In this document: in pieces, positions 29,126 to 41,469 of the stretch | How the letters are laid out: every line of letters starts with the position of its first letter | Position numbering within the stretch: the stretch's first letter is position 1 | Made by a program: the position numbers and the translations under genes | The notes under the pieces: model-generated | Database searches by the model: none | What the model saw: the letters and a program-made list of their open reading frames with translations, nothing else | Told to the model about the DNA's origin: nothing | Assembly: GCA_951406725.2 (NCBI GenBank) | Contig: OX597827.1 | Location: forward strand, 58,714,001-58,778,000 | Direction of reading: 5' to 3' | Length of the DNA stretch: 64,000 bases | Origin: Octopus vulgaris | Lineage: Eukaryota

Positions 29126-29538
29126 GGCGTAGGAGTGGTTGCGTGGTAAGTAGTTTGCTTACCAACCACATGGTTCCGGGTTCAGTCCCACTGCGTGGCA
29201 CCTTGGGCAAGTGTCTTCTACTATAACCTCGGGCCGACCAAAGCCTTGTGAATGGATTTGGTAGACGGAAACGGAAAGAAGCTCGTCGTATATATATATA
29301 TGTATATATGTATGTGTGTGTATATGTTTGTGTGTCTGTGCTTGTCCCCCCAACATCGCTTGACAACCGATGCTGGTGTATTTACGTCTCCGTAACTTAG
29401 CGGTTCGACAAAAGAGACCGATAGAATAAATACTGGGCTTACAAAGAATAAGTCCTGGGGTCGATTTGCTCGACTAAAGTCGGTGCTCCAGCATGCTCAC
29501 AGTCACATGACTGAAACAAGTAAAAGAGTAAAAAGAGT
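29126..29538 (+). mobile_element. SINE family 1, full length
   Basis: Homologous to 5041-5449. Confidence 0.9.
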
Positions 29539-29770
29539 ATACGAGGCAGAACTCGAACTCATAACGCTAAGAATCAACCTGCAGAGATACCGTCCTTAAA
29601 GCATCATGCATTCGTCACTGGCGATTCTGCCAAAATTACTAGCCTAGACTTACGTATGCTAGTGATTCTCAACCGTTTTTCATGTATGAACCCGCTTTGT
29701 TTCCTAACTTATTCGGATGGATCCTCCTAGGCATTCGATGTTTAAAAATTACCGTAATATTTTCATAATT

Positions 29771-30174
29771 AACTAGAAAAGCACTCGGAGAGCGCGGACC
29801 TCTGCCAAGCTCATTTTAAGATAGATACACGAGTAAAATTACTAATAGAGAAACGAAAATAAACGTTGGAAACAGCAACGCCACCATAAGTTACGTGGAA
29901 ACGATGAACGTGTTTTCTATGGAGATAATCAAAGAACGCAACATTGTAATGCTTCATGTAAAGTAAATATAACAAATGAAAACTCCTTCAAGAATCCATA
30001 AAAACTCCCGGATCACTACCAAAATTTCATCATCTGTTCCTTGTGTCATTACCAACTTCTTCTGCAAGTTTCATCAAATACCGTTTACAACTTTTTGAGT
30101 TATTTTGCACACAGACGGACAGGCGGACAAACCAACGCAGATGAAAACATAACCTCTTTCTTTGGCGGAGGTAA
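29771..30174 (+). mobile_element. Putative Helentron-associated (HINE-like) non-autonomous element, nested in a hAT-like MITE
   Basis: Starts actagaaaagcactcggagagcgc; subterminal inverted repeat acctctgccaa / ttggcggaggt; (CAGA/CAAA)-like tract before a 3' stem-loop. Confidence 0.5.
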
Positions 30175-30226
30175 ATATTATTAGGAATTGTATAAAAAAA
30201 ATTGTTAGAATATTTTGTGTATTGTA

Positions 30227-30456
30227 AGGCAACGAGATGGTAGAAACGTTTACACGACCCTGTGTTTAGCCCCTGGTGGGTAGTAAAGAAATAGGTATTT
30301 CGTCTGCCGTTACGTTCTGAGTTCAAATTCCACCGAGGTCGACTTTGCCTTCCATCCTTTCGGGGTCGATAAATTAAGTACCAGTTGCTTACTGGGGTCG
30401 GTCAAATCGACTGGCCTCCTCCCCCAAAATTTCGGGCTTTGTGCTTAGAGTAGAAA
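30227..30456 (+). mobile_element. SINE family 2 copy with a 20-bp target-site duplication
   Basis: agaatattttgtgtattgta at both 30207-30226 and 30457-30476. Confidence 0.85.
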
Positions 30457-30509
30457 AGAATATTTTGTGTATTGTAGAAGTATGATCAACTATTTTCGAT
30501 CCTATAAAT

Positions 30510-30850
30510 CAGTGGGTCTCAACTATTTTTTTTTTATCTATGGCCCCATTTGAGCACTATTTTATTCTGGTGGACCCCCATAGCCATTCATGCTTAAAAA
30601 CTTTTATAGTTTTATTGCTTCTTCTGTCAAAATTCCTATTTAGTTATTCATGCATTCATTTATGTATGGTGAACTATGTAAAACGTTTGACAAAGAAATT
30701 TAGCTGTTTTTTCCCATAATAAATACATCTAAACCAAGATTTTTCATGAGCTCTTAATATACTATTGTGGATCCCCAGTTTATTATTTTGCTTGGGTGGA
30801 TCCCAAAAATCATATATGGACCTCCTGGAATCATAAGACGCCTACTTGAT
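30510..30850. mobile_element. Degraded hAT-like MITE (related pieces at ~29660 and ~25850-25874)
   Basis: cagtgggtctcaac terminus resembles CAGTGGTTCTCAAC-type hAT TIRs; repeated ggacccc motifs. Confidence 0.5.
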
Positions 30851-31019
30851 TGTTGTAACTATAGCTAGGTGCAGGATGGGTTTCACAAAGCTCACTCGCT
30901 CTAGATATACCAGCTGAAAAGGAAATTAATATGAGAGCAGGTGGACAGTCAGAAAGAATCTGGTTGACCTACCTTTCATAAGTTACTTTATTTTTCTCGT
31001 TTATTCAACAAATTTATAA

Positions 31020-31573
31020 TATTGGGTTGTCTGGAAAGTTCGTGCCAATTTATAGTAGCTTACCTTTCGATTAATTTTAGAACATGGTTGAGCCCATAAA
31101 ATAGGATTTGACTTACACCTCCATTTAGAGCACAGTTTAAGCTATCTTTCCGTGGAAGAAGGTTTACGTTCCTATAACCAGTGTTAATTCTGTAACCCTT
31201 TAAAATGGAAGATAAAAAAGTTCATTTTCGACACTTGATGCTTTGGGAACCAGACAAAAATTGCTGCAGCTCTGCTGGGATGTGTTACCCCACCCTCCAT
31301 GTTCACCAGATATTGCCCCTTCGGATTTCCACTTATTCAGGTCTCTGCAGAATAGTCTTAATGGTAAAAATTTCAATTCCTTGGATGATGTAAAAAGATA
31401 CCATGAAACCACCTCAATTCTGAGAAGAGGGTATTTTCAAGTTAAAGGAAACATGGAGACACATTGTGCAACAAAATGGTTCATATCTGGTTGATTAAAA
31501 ATGTAATGGCAAGTATTTATTGACCTTTTTCTTTCCTTCAAAAATTGGCACAAACTTACCAGACAACCCAATA
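31020..31573 (+). mobile_element. Internally deleted mariner element with intact TIRs
   Basis: TIR tattgggttgtctggaaagttcgtgccaattt versus the reverse complement of the right end, tattgggttgtctggtaagtttgtgccaattt. Peptides MEDKKVHFRHLMLW and WDVLPHPPCSPDIAPSDFHLFRSLQNSLNGKNF. Confidence 0.92.
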
Positions 31574-31675
31574 CACATACGCACGCACGCGCGCACAAAC
31601 ACACCTACACACAACAACAACAACAACAACAACAAATAAACAGCTAATATTTAAAATAATGGTTCATTTACTCAC

Positions 31676-32156
31676 CAGTCTTTGAGTCTTGACACACTTG
31701 GTACTGATGATGGTTTTGATAATGGATGTTTGTTGAATACGTTGTGGAAATATACGGATGACTTGTGTTGTACAGTCGATGACGTCTTTTCTCTGTGGTC
31801 GCCAAACAGGTTGCCACTTCTGTCAAGTTCTCTCCCCTCGGAGAAATCTCTTCGGATTTACAGGAATCCCTGTTTAGTATGGCATCGATCGAGAAAGAGT
31901 TCTTCTTCGGTTTCGACGATTCGTGATGCCATAAAGAATTAGCGTCCGGACTTGCCGACGACAAGACATGGTTTGTCGGCGACGTTTCGCTTATCGATGG
32001 CGAAAGACGTAAAGATGAACCTTGAGCGTTTGGTACAGGTAAAAGAGCCCGAGAAAAAGCTGGGTGTATTGACGTACCCGGAAATCGGATGCATTGACTA
32101 TAGTACCATACTGGTAGAGGAACTGGTACTGGGATGCCGCTGTGACTGATTTGCAT
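31676..32156 (-). CDS. Probable first coding exon of an eh1-motif transcriptional repressor (homeobox/Fox/T-box type; family not assignable here)
   Basis: 160-codon non-repetitive Ser/Pro-rich ORF with eh1 motif FSIDAIL at 31875-31895. Canonical donor G|GTGAGT at 31676/31675 (phase 1). Acceptor tttctttcatatcag at 32185. An in-frame TAA lies between the acceptor and the ATG. Confidence 0.78.
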
Positions 32157-32202
32157 ATCGTCTTTCAGATAAGATTACGTTAAACTGATATGAAAGAAAT
32201 AA

Positions 32203-32278
<76 letters not shown>

Positions 32279-32281
<3 letters not shown>

Positions 32282-32686
32282 CTGAGCAAGTATAAACATC
32301 TTGAAATAGAAATTAGCAAAATGTGGAACCTGGAGACTAAAACAATACCTGTTGTCATAGGTGCCCTGGGAATGATAGCAAAAGGGGCTGATTGCTACCT
32401 AGCTCAGATACCAAGAAACCTCAAAATTGCAGAAATTCAAAAGATAGTGCTCATGGGAACTGCTCGTATCCTACGCAAAATACTTTCTATGTAGTCTCAA
32501 GTTTTAAAAGAAACATAATTTTCTTACGGTTTCTTAAATATTCTCTAGAACAACACTACGTACGAAACCAAATATATGGCACCCTAGGCATAACACCAAC
32601 ATGAACTTCCAGCTTGTTGCCTCTTGAGGTCTCTGGGTGAGATTTGGGTCCAACTTGTACAAATGTAAAGCAAAAGTCAAACATAA
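32279..32686 (+). mobile_element. 5'-truncated R4/Dong-like non-LTR retrotransposon (end of restriction-like endonuclease domain plus 3' UTR) inserted in (TAA)n
   Basis: 32279-32494 translates KLSKYKHLEIEISKMWNLETKTIPVVIGALGMIAKG...IQKIVLMGTARILRKILSM*; (TAA)n on both sides. Confidence 0.85.
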
Positions 32687-32754
<68 letters not shown>

Positions 32755-33267
32755 TAAATGGGTAATTTCATCAGATTGGCGGGTTTTAGATATTTTGATG
32801 TTTTCTTTTTTCTGTTTTGGCTTCAAATCAGTAACAATTGTCTAAATCATTTCTGTCACTCTCTTGCAATATTTCATTTACTCTCTCTCTCTCTCTCTCT
32901 CTCCTTCTCCAACTGTTTCTGTCTCCCACCCTCACTCATTTCTTCCTCCTGGCTCGTTCGAAGCCCTCACTTGACTCTAACATATTTGAGATAAGAGAAA
33001 CAGATGGTAGGTTCATAAGAATTGAGATAGATGAATGAATGGACTGGTACGCAGACAGACAGACAGACAGGCATACATACATACATATATACACATATAG
33101 ACATACATATATATACATAGACATACTTACATATATACATATATATGCATAGATATACATACATACATAGACATACATATATATACATAGACATACATGC
33201 ATACATACATACATATATACATAGACATACATATATATACATATACACGCATATACATACATACATA

Positions 33268-33311
<44 letters not shown>

Positions 33312-34076
33312 CATAAATACATATATACATACATACATAAAAACATACATACATGCATGCATACACACACATACATACATACATACATACATACATACAT
33401 ACATACATACATACATACATACGAAGTAAGCTAAGAGGAAAATATAAATAAGGCAACGATTAGTGGGACCAGCAGTGAGGAAGAAGGGAAAGCATCTCAA
33501 AGGAAAGGATTAAAGACGGAGATGAAGTGAAGAAGAGGGGAGAGAAAGGGCAATGTCATAAAACAAGAGAGAGAATGAGGGAAATGGTGGTGGTGGTGGT
33601 GGCAGCGGCGGCGGTTGTGATGGCGGTGGCGACGGTGGTAGTAGTGGTGGTGGTGGCAGCGGCGGTGGAGGTGATGGTGTGTGGTGGTGGTGGTGATGGC
33701 TATCGTCGGCTGAAGCGTTATCGTCGTGGTAGTTGTGGTGGTGGTGGTGGTGGTGGTGGTGGTGGTGTGGTGGTGTCAGCGGCGGCAGCGGTTGTGTTGG
33801 TGATGGCGGTGGCGACGGTGGTAGTAGTGGTGGAGCGGCAGTGGAGGTGGTGGTGATGGCTATCGTCGGCTGAAGCGTTATCGTGGTGGTGGTGGTAGTG
33901 GTGGTGGTGGTGGTAGTGGTGTAGGTGGGGAGCGGTATTCGAATGATGTGGCCGATTGAGAAATATAATTACAAGATATAAATTACTGTTATGGCCCACC
34001 ACATCGATAGTAACATATTAATCACCACTGCATGCAGAAACAATGGCATGTGCACGTAGAAATAGCAGGGGAGAGC

Positions 34077-34125
<49 letters not shown>

Positions 34126-34714
34126 GAGAGAAAGATTGTGAGGTGCAGATGGAGGAGTGTTGAGAGAGAAGCATATAAAGAAAAGAAGGATAAAGAGAAG
34201 GAAGACTTTAATAAGCGTGACATGAAAATGGAGGTAGCGACACGGGATAGAATAACGGAGAAAATATAGAGAGGAACATTTGGGGAGGAACGTGTGGGGA
34301 GTGGAAAGCTTCTGCGAGAAAAGTGTAGAAGGAGAGAAAGCATAGGGAGGAAGGCGTGGGATGATGAGAGCTTAAAGGGAGATTCTCGGCGGAGAGGAGG
34401 AGGATGGAGAGGGAAGATAGAGAAAAGTGAAAGACGTGCAAAGAGAAAGAGGGTGAAAGAAAGAGAAACGTAGAGACAGAAGAGGAAATAGAGGGAGAGA
34501 GAGATGGCGGGAGGAGAAAGAAAGATGCTTAAGGAGAAAAGTATAAAGAGCGAGAGAGAGAGAAAGAATGATGAAGGGTCGATGGAAGAGATGGAAAGAG
34601 GCATAAATAGGAGTGGAAGACGGTATGGCATGGAGGAGAGATATTGCATACGGAAAGATGTTGAGGGAATATAGCGTGCGTGTGTGAAAAACAGTCAAGC
34701 AAGGAAACTAGGTG

Positions 34715-34788
<74 letters not shown>

Positions 34789-34796
34789 ATAAATAA

Positions 34797-34849
<53 letters not shown>

Positions 34850-34885
34850 CAAATAGATAGACAGACAGAAAGATAGACAGATAGG

Positions 34886-34980
<95 letters not shown>

Positions 34981-34985
34981 ATAGA
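34715..34985. repeat. (GATA)n microsatellite within a purine-rich tract
   Basis: Direct reading. Confidence 0.95.
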
Positions 34986-35461
34986 AATAGAGAGACAGCG
35001 AGAGAAGAGAGAGGGCAAAGCATATCGAAAGAGCAGAGAGGAAGAGAGAGAGAGAGAGTGCGAGAGAAAAAAAGAGAGAGTGAGAAAGAGAGAGAGAGAG
35101 TGAGAAAGAGAGAAAAATAAACAAATAAAGAAAGGAAGAAGCTCATTGAAAGATAGAAGCATATACAAAGAAACAGAGAAAGAGAAGGATATCGAAAGAG
35201 AGAGATAAAGATGTAAAATAATAAGATAAGAAATACATAGAGAGAAAGAGATGTATAAAAGAAAGATAGGTAGAGAGCGAAAGAGAGAGGGAGAGGGGGG
35301 AAGAGAGAACAAAATGACATAGAGGACGGTGTGGGGACACATAAGGAAGAAGACGTGTATATATGATTCATTGAGACAGAGAGAGAAGAAGAGGTGAGTG
35401 TGCAAAATATAAAGGGTAATATAAGGAGAAATTAATTTCCAAAAATCTACTACTGCTGCTG

Positions 35462-35530
<69 letters not shown>

Positions 35531-35687
35531 ATGTTGCTGCTGCTGGTAATTATGATATTAGATCCGTTTATTGATGTTATTCTTTTGTTCTTTTATTCTT
35601 TTACTTGTTTCAGTCATTTGACTGCGGTCATGCTGGAGAACCACCTTTAGTCGAACAAATCGACCCTGGGACTTATTCTTTGATATG

Positions 35688-35762
<75 letters not shown>

Positions 35763-35767
<5 letters not shown>

Positions 35768-35970
35768 AATATTAGGGAATAAATCCAAATTTACAGGGAA
35801 AAATCAGATTTAGGATTGAATCCAATTTTATAGTAAAAAATAATATAATATTAATTAGAGACAAAACCACTATTATGCAAATCAAACAAAGAAAGACTTA
35901 ATCCAATACATAAAAAATTTTATATAAAATAAATATAATTATATTTATTTTATATAAAATTTTTTTTCTC

Positions 35971-35980
<10 letters not shown>
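35763..35980. repeat. TA-flanked AT-rich insert containing a perfect 54-bp palindrome (35912-35965)
   Basis: aaaaaattttatataaaataaatataa|ttatatttattttatataaaatttttt. Confidence 0.8.
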
Positions 35981-36028
<48 letters not shown>

Positions 36029-36304
36029 CATATATATATTCTTTTATTTGTTTCAGTTACGTGACTGCGGCCATGCTGGAGCACCGACTTTATTCGAAAC
36101 AAATCGACCCTAGGACTTATTCTTTGTAAGCCTAGTACTTACTCTATCGGTCTCTTTTTGCCGAAGTGCTAGGCGCTGAGTGCGAAGTGCTAAGTAGCCT
36201 TGAAACTCTACTCTCCCCAGCGCCGCCGCGAGCGGTACATCATTTGCACGATGTGGAGAATATACCGCCAGCGTTGACCAAACGACCTGAACATTAGCTT
36301 CAAA

Positions 36305-36663
36305 GTTCATCCAAGGCGAGGACCACAGGTCATACGTCCCCTGCCCAACTCAGGATCACAACATATGGGTACACTGCGACACAATTTCTTTTCCACTTCA
36401 GGCCCTGCCCTATTTAACATTTTCCCTAAACTGATCAAAGAGGAAAAGGATACCATCACCTTTAAACGGAATCTGGACAAATTTCTTCAAGCCACCTATA
36501 CCTGGATGCAACTCACTCAACAACAACTCACTACTTGAATGGACCATGATTCCACAAAACTTGACTTAAAGAGGATTTAGATGATCCTATCAGGTGGTGC
36601 TATTAAGTTAAGCATGGCCTGGACCAATCTTTGATTGAAACATATCTAGGTTTATCCAAGTTT
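36305..36663 (+). mobile_element. CR1/L2-like LINE 3' end
   Basis: GPALFNIFPKLIKEEKDTITFKRNLDKFL-like peptide; homologous to 5600-5930. Confidence 0.7.
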
Positions 36664-36729
36664 ATATATATATATATATATTCTTTTACTCTTTTACTCG
36701 TTTCAGCAATGCGGCTGTGGTCATGCTGG

Positions 36730-36955
36730 AGCACCATCATGGTCTTCATGACTTCCTCAGTTTGGGTGCTTCACATTACCACTCCCGTATGTACCTTTTC
36801 CCCAGCTGTTGGTACATTTGATGTATAACTGAGTTTGATTCCGCAGCCCTCGTCTGTACCTCATGTCGGGCTGTTGGTTCATCCGGCATTGTGGAGAGGA
36901 GGATGTCTAGTTCCTTTTTGAAGACATCTACTTCCACCTTATGCAAATTTCTTAA
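36730..36955 (-). mobile_element. CR1/L2-like LINE 3' end (different family)
   Basis: LRNLHKVEVDVFKKELDILLSTMPDEP...RAAESNSVIHQ peptide. Confidence 0.65.
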
Positions 36956-36961
36956 TTTATT

Positions 36962-37182
36962 GGCGCAGGCGTGACTGTGTAGTAAGAAGCTTGTTTCCCA
37001 ACCAAATGGTTCCAGGTTCAGACCCACTGTGCGGCACCTTGGGCAAGTGTCTTCTACTATAGCCTCAGGCCAATCAAGACCTTGTGAGGGGATTGAGTAG
37101 ACAGAAACTGAAAGAAGCCCGTCGTATATGTATATATATATATGTATGTATATGTATATGTGTATATGTGCATATATGTATG

Positions 37183-37252
<70 letters not shown>

Positions 37253-37472
37253 GTATATCTATGTGTGTGTATGTCTTTGTGTCCGTATTTGTCTCCCTAT
37301 CACCGCTTGACAACCTGTGTTAGAGTGTTTACGTCCATGTAACTTAGCGGTTCGGCAAAAATGAGCGATAGAATAATAAATCCTGGGTCGAATTGTTCGA
37401 CTAAAAAACCCTTCAAGGCGATGTTTCAGCATGGCCATAGTCAAATGAATGAAACAAGTAAAAGAGTAAAAG
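36962..37472 (+). mobile_element. SINE family 1, full length
   Basis: Homologous to 5041-5449. Confidence 0.88.
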
Positions 37473-37552
37473 AATACATGCATACATACATACATACATA
37501 CATTTATATATATATGTATATACGTGTATATATATGCATATATATATATATA

Positions 37553-37631
<79 letters not shown>

Positions 37632-37918
37632 TGGAGGCACAATGGCCTAGTGGTTAGGGCAGCGGACTCGCGGTCGTAGGATCGCGGTTTCGATTCCTAG
37701 ACCGGGCATTGTGAGTGTTTATTGAGCGAAAACACCTAAAAGTTCCACGAGGCTCCGGCAGGGGTCGGTGATCCCTGCTCCACTCTTTCTCCCACTCTTT
37801 CTTCTGTTGGCCTGCTCGCTTAGCCAGCGGGGTGGCGTCGTTCGAAGGCTAAAACAATGCGAACGCATTGTGACCAGCGATGTGTAGCAACAACTGATGG
37901 TCTGGTCGGTCACGTGAT

Positions 37919-37926
<8 letters not shown>
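37632..37926 (+). mobile_element. tRNA-derived SINE (family 4) in (TA)n
   Basis: A box tggcctagtgg, B box ggtttcgattcc, tRNA-unrelated body, (cacgtgat)2 tail. Confidence 0.8.
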
Positions 37927-37954
<28 letters not shown>

Positions 37955-37960
<6 letters not shown>

Positions 37961-37990
37961 ACTCTTATACGTTCTTAACGATAACACCTC

Positions 37991-38030
<40 letters not shown>

Positions 38031-38390
38031 GAGGTGTTATCTGTTAAGAACGTATAAGAGTACAAATAGGACTCGTTCACCCTTAGAATTCCCAAATAGC
38101 CGGTAGTATTCTCATGGTATGCTACCAATTCTAGTCTTAGGAATTCCTCGTGTGTGAAAAAAAGAAAGAAGCCATGGATGTTGTAGCATGGATATCTAGA
38201 TTTACTTACAGAGACAGCAACTGAGTATCGCCTGAGGAGATGCATATAGATTCTCTTATACAGGTAAATCGTTACATAAATTAATTCAAACTTAACTTCA
38301 AATCCTGTATATACGAGGATCTGTATGAATCGAAACATTTGTAGCGATTAAAAAGCTGCCTAACCGTACTTGCTCTTCCTTTTGACTCTT
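37955..38390 (+). mobile_element. Hammerhead-bearing element with a short inverted arm
   Basis: 37955-37995 is the reverse complement of 38027-38068 around a (TA)n centre; hammerhead at 38227. Confidence 0.7.
38227..38348 (+). ncRNA. Canonical-core type I hammerhead ribozyme with ~93-nt stem II
   Basis: ATCGC-CTGAGGA-GAT g CATATAGATTCTC t TATACAGG...CCTGTATA tac GAGGATCTGTATG a ATC-GAAA-CA TT TG-TA-GCGAT. Confidence 0.82.
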
Positions 38391-38417
38391 TTACTTTTTA
38401 CTTTTATATATATATAT

Positions 38418-38487
<70 letters not shown>

Positions 38488-38903
38488 AAAAAATATATAA
38501 AATGGGACAAGAACGCAAAACATTCAAACAGACGATACGAAAACGGACGGGTCACTCGAAGCCTCCAATCTTCAGTCAAGAACCGGATCATCCTCGCAAT
38601 TTTGGCTGATTAATCTTGAGATTGCTCCGATCTGGCCAGCCCCAAGGAAAAACTAAGCTACGAGCATTAGATTTCTTGGAAAAAGGATCGAATGTATACG
38701 AAACAAGGACAGAAAAACGGACGATGTTACACGAAGATAAATACAAAAAACAAAAAGTAATATATATATATATATATATAGTCAAATAATGGAACTGCAG
38801 ATACAATATCCCTGCATATCTCACGTCTGTTTTCATTCCTCCACTTCACTCTCTATTTCATATCTTCTCTAGAATAACTATTGCTTAACCATTCTCTCGC
38901 ATC

Positions 38904-38951
38904 GTCTCCGATGAAGGGATATATGACTTATCCCGGAAACAACTGTAAGAC
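38904..38951 (+). ncRNA. Hammerhead motif with a U4C core change (probably decayed)
   Basis: GTCT-CCGATGA-a GGGATA tatgact TATCCC g-GAAA-C AACT G-TA-AGAC. Confidence 0.65.
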
Positions 38952-39025
38952 CTTCTCTTTATAAATGTTCTGAAATATTTCACAGCCTTGGATTTTTATC
39001 TCATTCTGTTAATTTATATGTGTGC

Positions 39026-39082
<57 letters not shown>

Positions 39083-39339
39083 TGTGTGTGTCTACGCATG
39101 TATGTACGTAAGTAGGTAGAGAGACAAATTGGCGTGCTGGTAGGGTGTATATGAAATGCGAGCTGCCCACCCTGTATACCAATTCGCCGATCAAAATAGA
39201 AACATAATTTATAGTCTGATTTGAAAGAAGATAAAAATGACATACGGTGGTACCATTACGTATTTTATTCGTAGTAAATTTATGGATTCATATTTTATTC
39301 TAGTGTACTGTCGCATCCTTGTATTTAAGTGCACAGAGG

Positions 39340-39665
39340 CATTAAAGACTCCGCCGGTTACGACGACGAGGGTCCCAGCTGATACGATCAACGGAACAGC
39401 TTGCTCGTGAAATTAACGTGCAAATGGCCGAGCATTCCACAGACACGTGTACCCTTAACGTAGTTCTCGGGGATAATCAGCGTGACACAGAGAGTGACAA
39501 GGCTGACCCTTTGAAATACAAGTACAACTCATTTTTGCCAGCTGAGTGGACTGGAGCAACGTGAAATAAAGTGTCTTGCTCAAGGACACAACGCGTCGCC
39601 GGGAATCGAACTCACAACCTTACGATCATGAGCCGAATGCCCTAACCACTAAGCCTCGCGCCCTC
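39340..39665 (-). mobile_element. tRNA-derived SINE (family 3)
   Basis: Minus strand reads ggcttagtggttagggc...gagttcgattccc...ccttgagcaagacactttatttcacgttgctccagtccactcagctg; body shared with 53036. Confidence 0.85.
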
Positions 39666-39745
39666 ACTACACAGAAGCATACAGCCCTAAACACGCACAC
39701 ACTCACTTTAAAATATCTAACAATTCTGAGAAAACATATTAAATT

Positions 39746-40318
39746 TAGAGCAGTTGTATACTGTCAACTTAACGTGACAGTCCCATAAAGGGAATCACAC
39801 CACCGCTATTTAGCCCTAGGAAGCATCAACGCTTCTTGTTGGCCTTGACACATTTCCTGTGTCCTTATGTTTACATGGGGAGACGAGCACCCTCATCCAG
39901 CTAAGCCTGCATCCAGAGACATGTTTCTGAGTCTTGCTCGTCATCAGTCTGGAGTAACATGGCTTGCTAGCTGCAGATGCCTGTCTAGACCTTGTAAACA
40001 TATATAATTCTAGTGAAATAAATCCACTGAACACAAACAAATATAGAAATGTTAAATTTCTAAATATCTCAGAGAGATACAAGCAGTGGTGGTACGATAG
40101 AGCAGTTGTATACTGTCAACATAACGTGACAGTCCCATAAAGGGAATCATACCACCGCTATTTAGCCCTAGGAAGCATCAGTGCTTCCTGTCGGCCTTGA
40201 CACATTTCCCGTGTCCTTTATGGGACTGTCACGTTAAGTTGACAGTATACAACTGCTCTATCGTAACACCACTGCTTATATCTCTCTGAGATATTTAGAA
40301 ATTTAATATTTCTATATT
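39746..40318 (-). mobile_element. Retrozyme-like element: 352-bp monomer, ~1.3-mer plus inverted arm
   Basis: cagttgtatactgtcaac at 39751 recurs at 40103. 40217-40318 is the reverse complement of ~40042-40141. Hammerhead at 39912-39953. Confidence 0.82.
39912..39953 (-). ncRNA. Minimal type I hammerhead ribozyme
   Basis: Minus strand: TCCAGA-CTGATGA-c GAG caaga CTC a-GAAA-C AT G-TC-TCTGGA; palindromic ACATGT stem III, GUC triplet. Confidence 0.85.
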
Positions 40319-40654
40319 AAATTTATTTTTTACACAAAAAATTTATTTGGGAAACAGGGATGCGCCTTATGAGATGGTGCGTGTTGTACGCCGGCAATAC
40401 GATATGCATTCATGTTATGCATGCATAAATGCGTGGTTTTTCGTTGAGTTTTATTTAAGTTCTTAAGAGGTTTCAAGCCGATCGCTAAAAAGCGACAAGG
40501 CATTTTGAGTTAAGAGAGTTCCAAGTGTTAGCAAATGTGTGTTTGAGTTAGTGTGTGGGTTGAAATGTCAATGCATACATCCATGTGTGTGCATCTATTC
40601 ACCAAGAGAATCTCAGATGGAGAATCTCCGGGGTTGTCTTACAAATTTCCATTG

Positions 40655-41040
40655 TCGAGCTGGCAGAATTGTTTGCACGCCGAGCGAAATGCTTAGCGGT
40701 ATTTTGTCTGCTGTTACGTTCTGAGTTCAAATTCCGCCAAGGTCGACTTTGCCTTTCATCCTTTCGGGGTCGATTAAATAAGTACCAGTTACGCACTGGG
40801 GTCGATATAATCAACTTAATCCGTTTGTCTGTCCTTATTTGACCTCTCTGTGTTTAGCTCCTTGTGGGTAGTAAAGAAATAGGTATTTCGTCTGCCGTTA
40901 CGTTCTGAGTTCAAATTCCGCCGAGGTCGACTTTGCCGAGGTCATCTTTTCGGGGTCGATAAATTAAGTACCAGTTACGCACTGGGGTCGATATAATCGA
41001 CTTAATCCGTTTGTCTGTCCTTGTTTGTCCCCTCTGTTTA
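40655..41040 (+). mobile_element. SINE family 2 with tandem duplication of its body
   Basis: ggtatttNgtctgcNgttacgttctgagttcaaattccgcc unit at ~40698 and ~40882. Confidence 0.85.
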
Positions 41041-41044
41041 GTTA

Positions 41045-41292
41045 GTAATAGGATTTGGAGAATCCGCATTAATTTATTTTGCACTTTCTTCGACAAACCT
41101 GGTATTTGTAGGTTTTTATGTAAATTTGTTGGTACATAACCTAATGCACTTATGATGACAGGTGCAAATGAGAATTCATAATTAGGGTACCAGAGCTGTA
41201 AGTTTCGTATTAATTCACCATAAATGCTCTCTTTTTCCTGGACTTTTGACTGTACACTCACATCCGTTGGGCAACCGACCTCTTCAACAGTG
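41045..41292 (-). mobile_element. Fragment of a restriction-like endonuclease domain of an R2/R4/NeSL-group retrotransposon
   Basis: EVGCPTD...QEKESIYGELIRNLQLWYPNY....PVIISALGYVP peptide. Confidence 0.7.
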
Positions 41293-41469
41293 CATACATA
41301 TCTATATATGTATTTGTGCATGTATGTATGTATGTATGTATGTATGTATGTATGTATGTATGTATGTATGTATGTATGTATGTATGTATGTATGTATGTA
41401 TGTATGATTGCAAATATCTTTACACGCATAAGTTTAACATATCATTCAGTCTGCAAAGCAGAACTCTCT

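Noticed and set aside
37632-37710. Possible tRNA genes here and at 53036-53105 and 39595-39665
   Set aside because: A and B boxes are present but the acceptor stem is not intact and the sequence continues into shared SINE bodies
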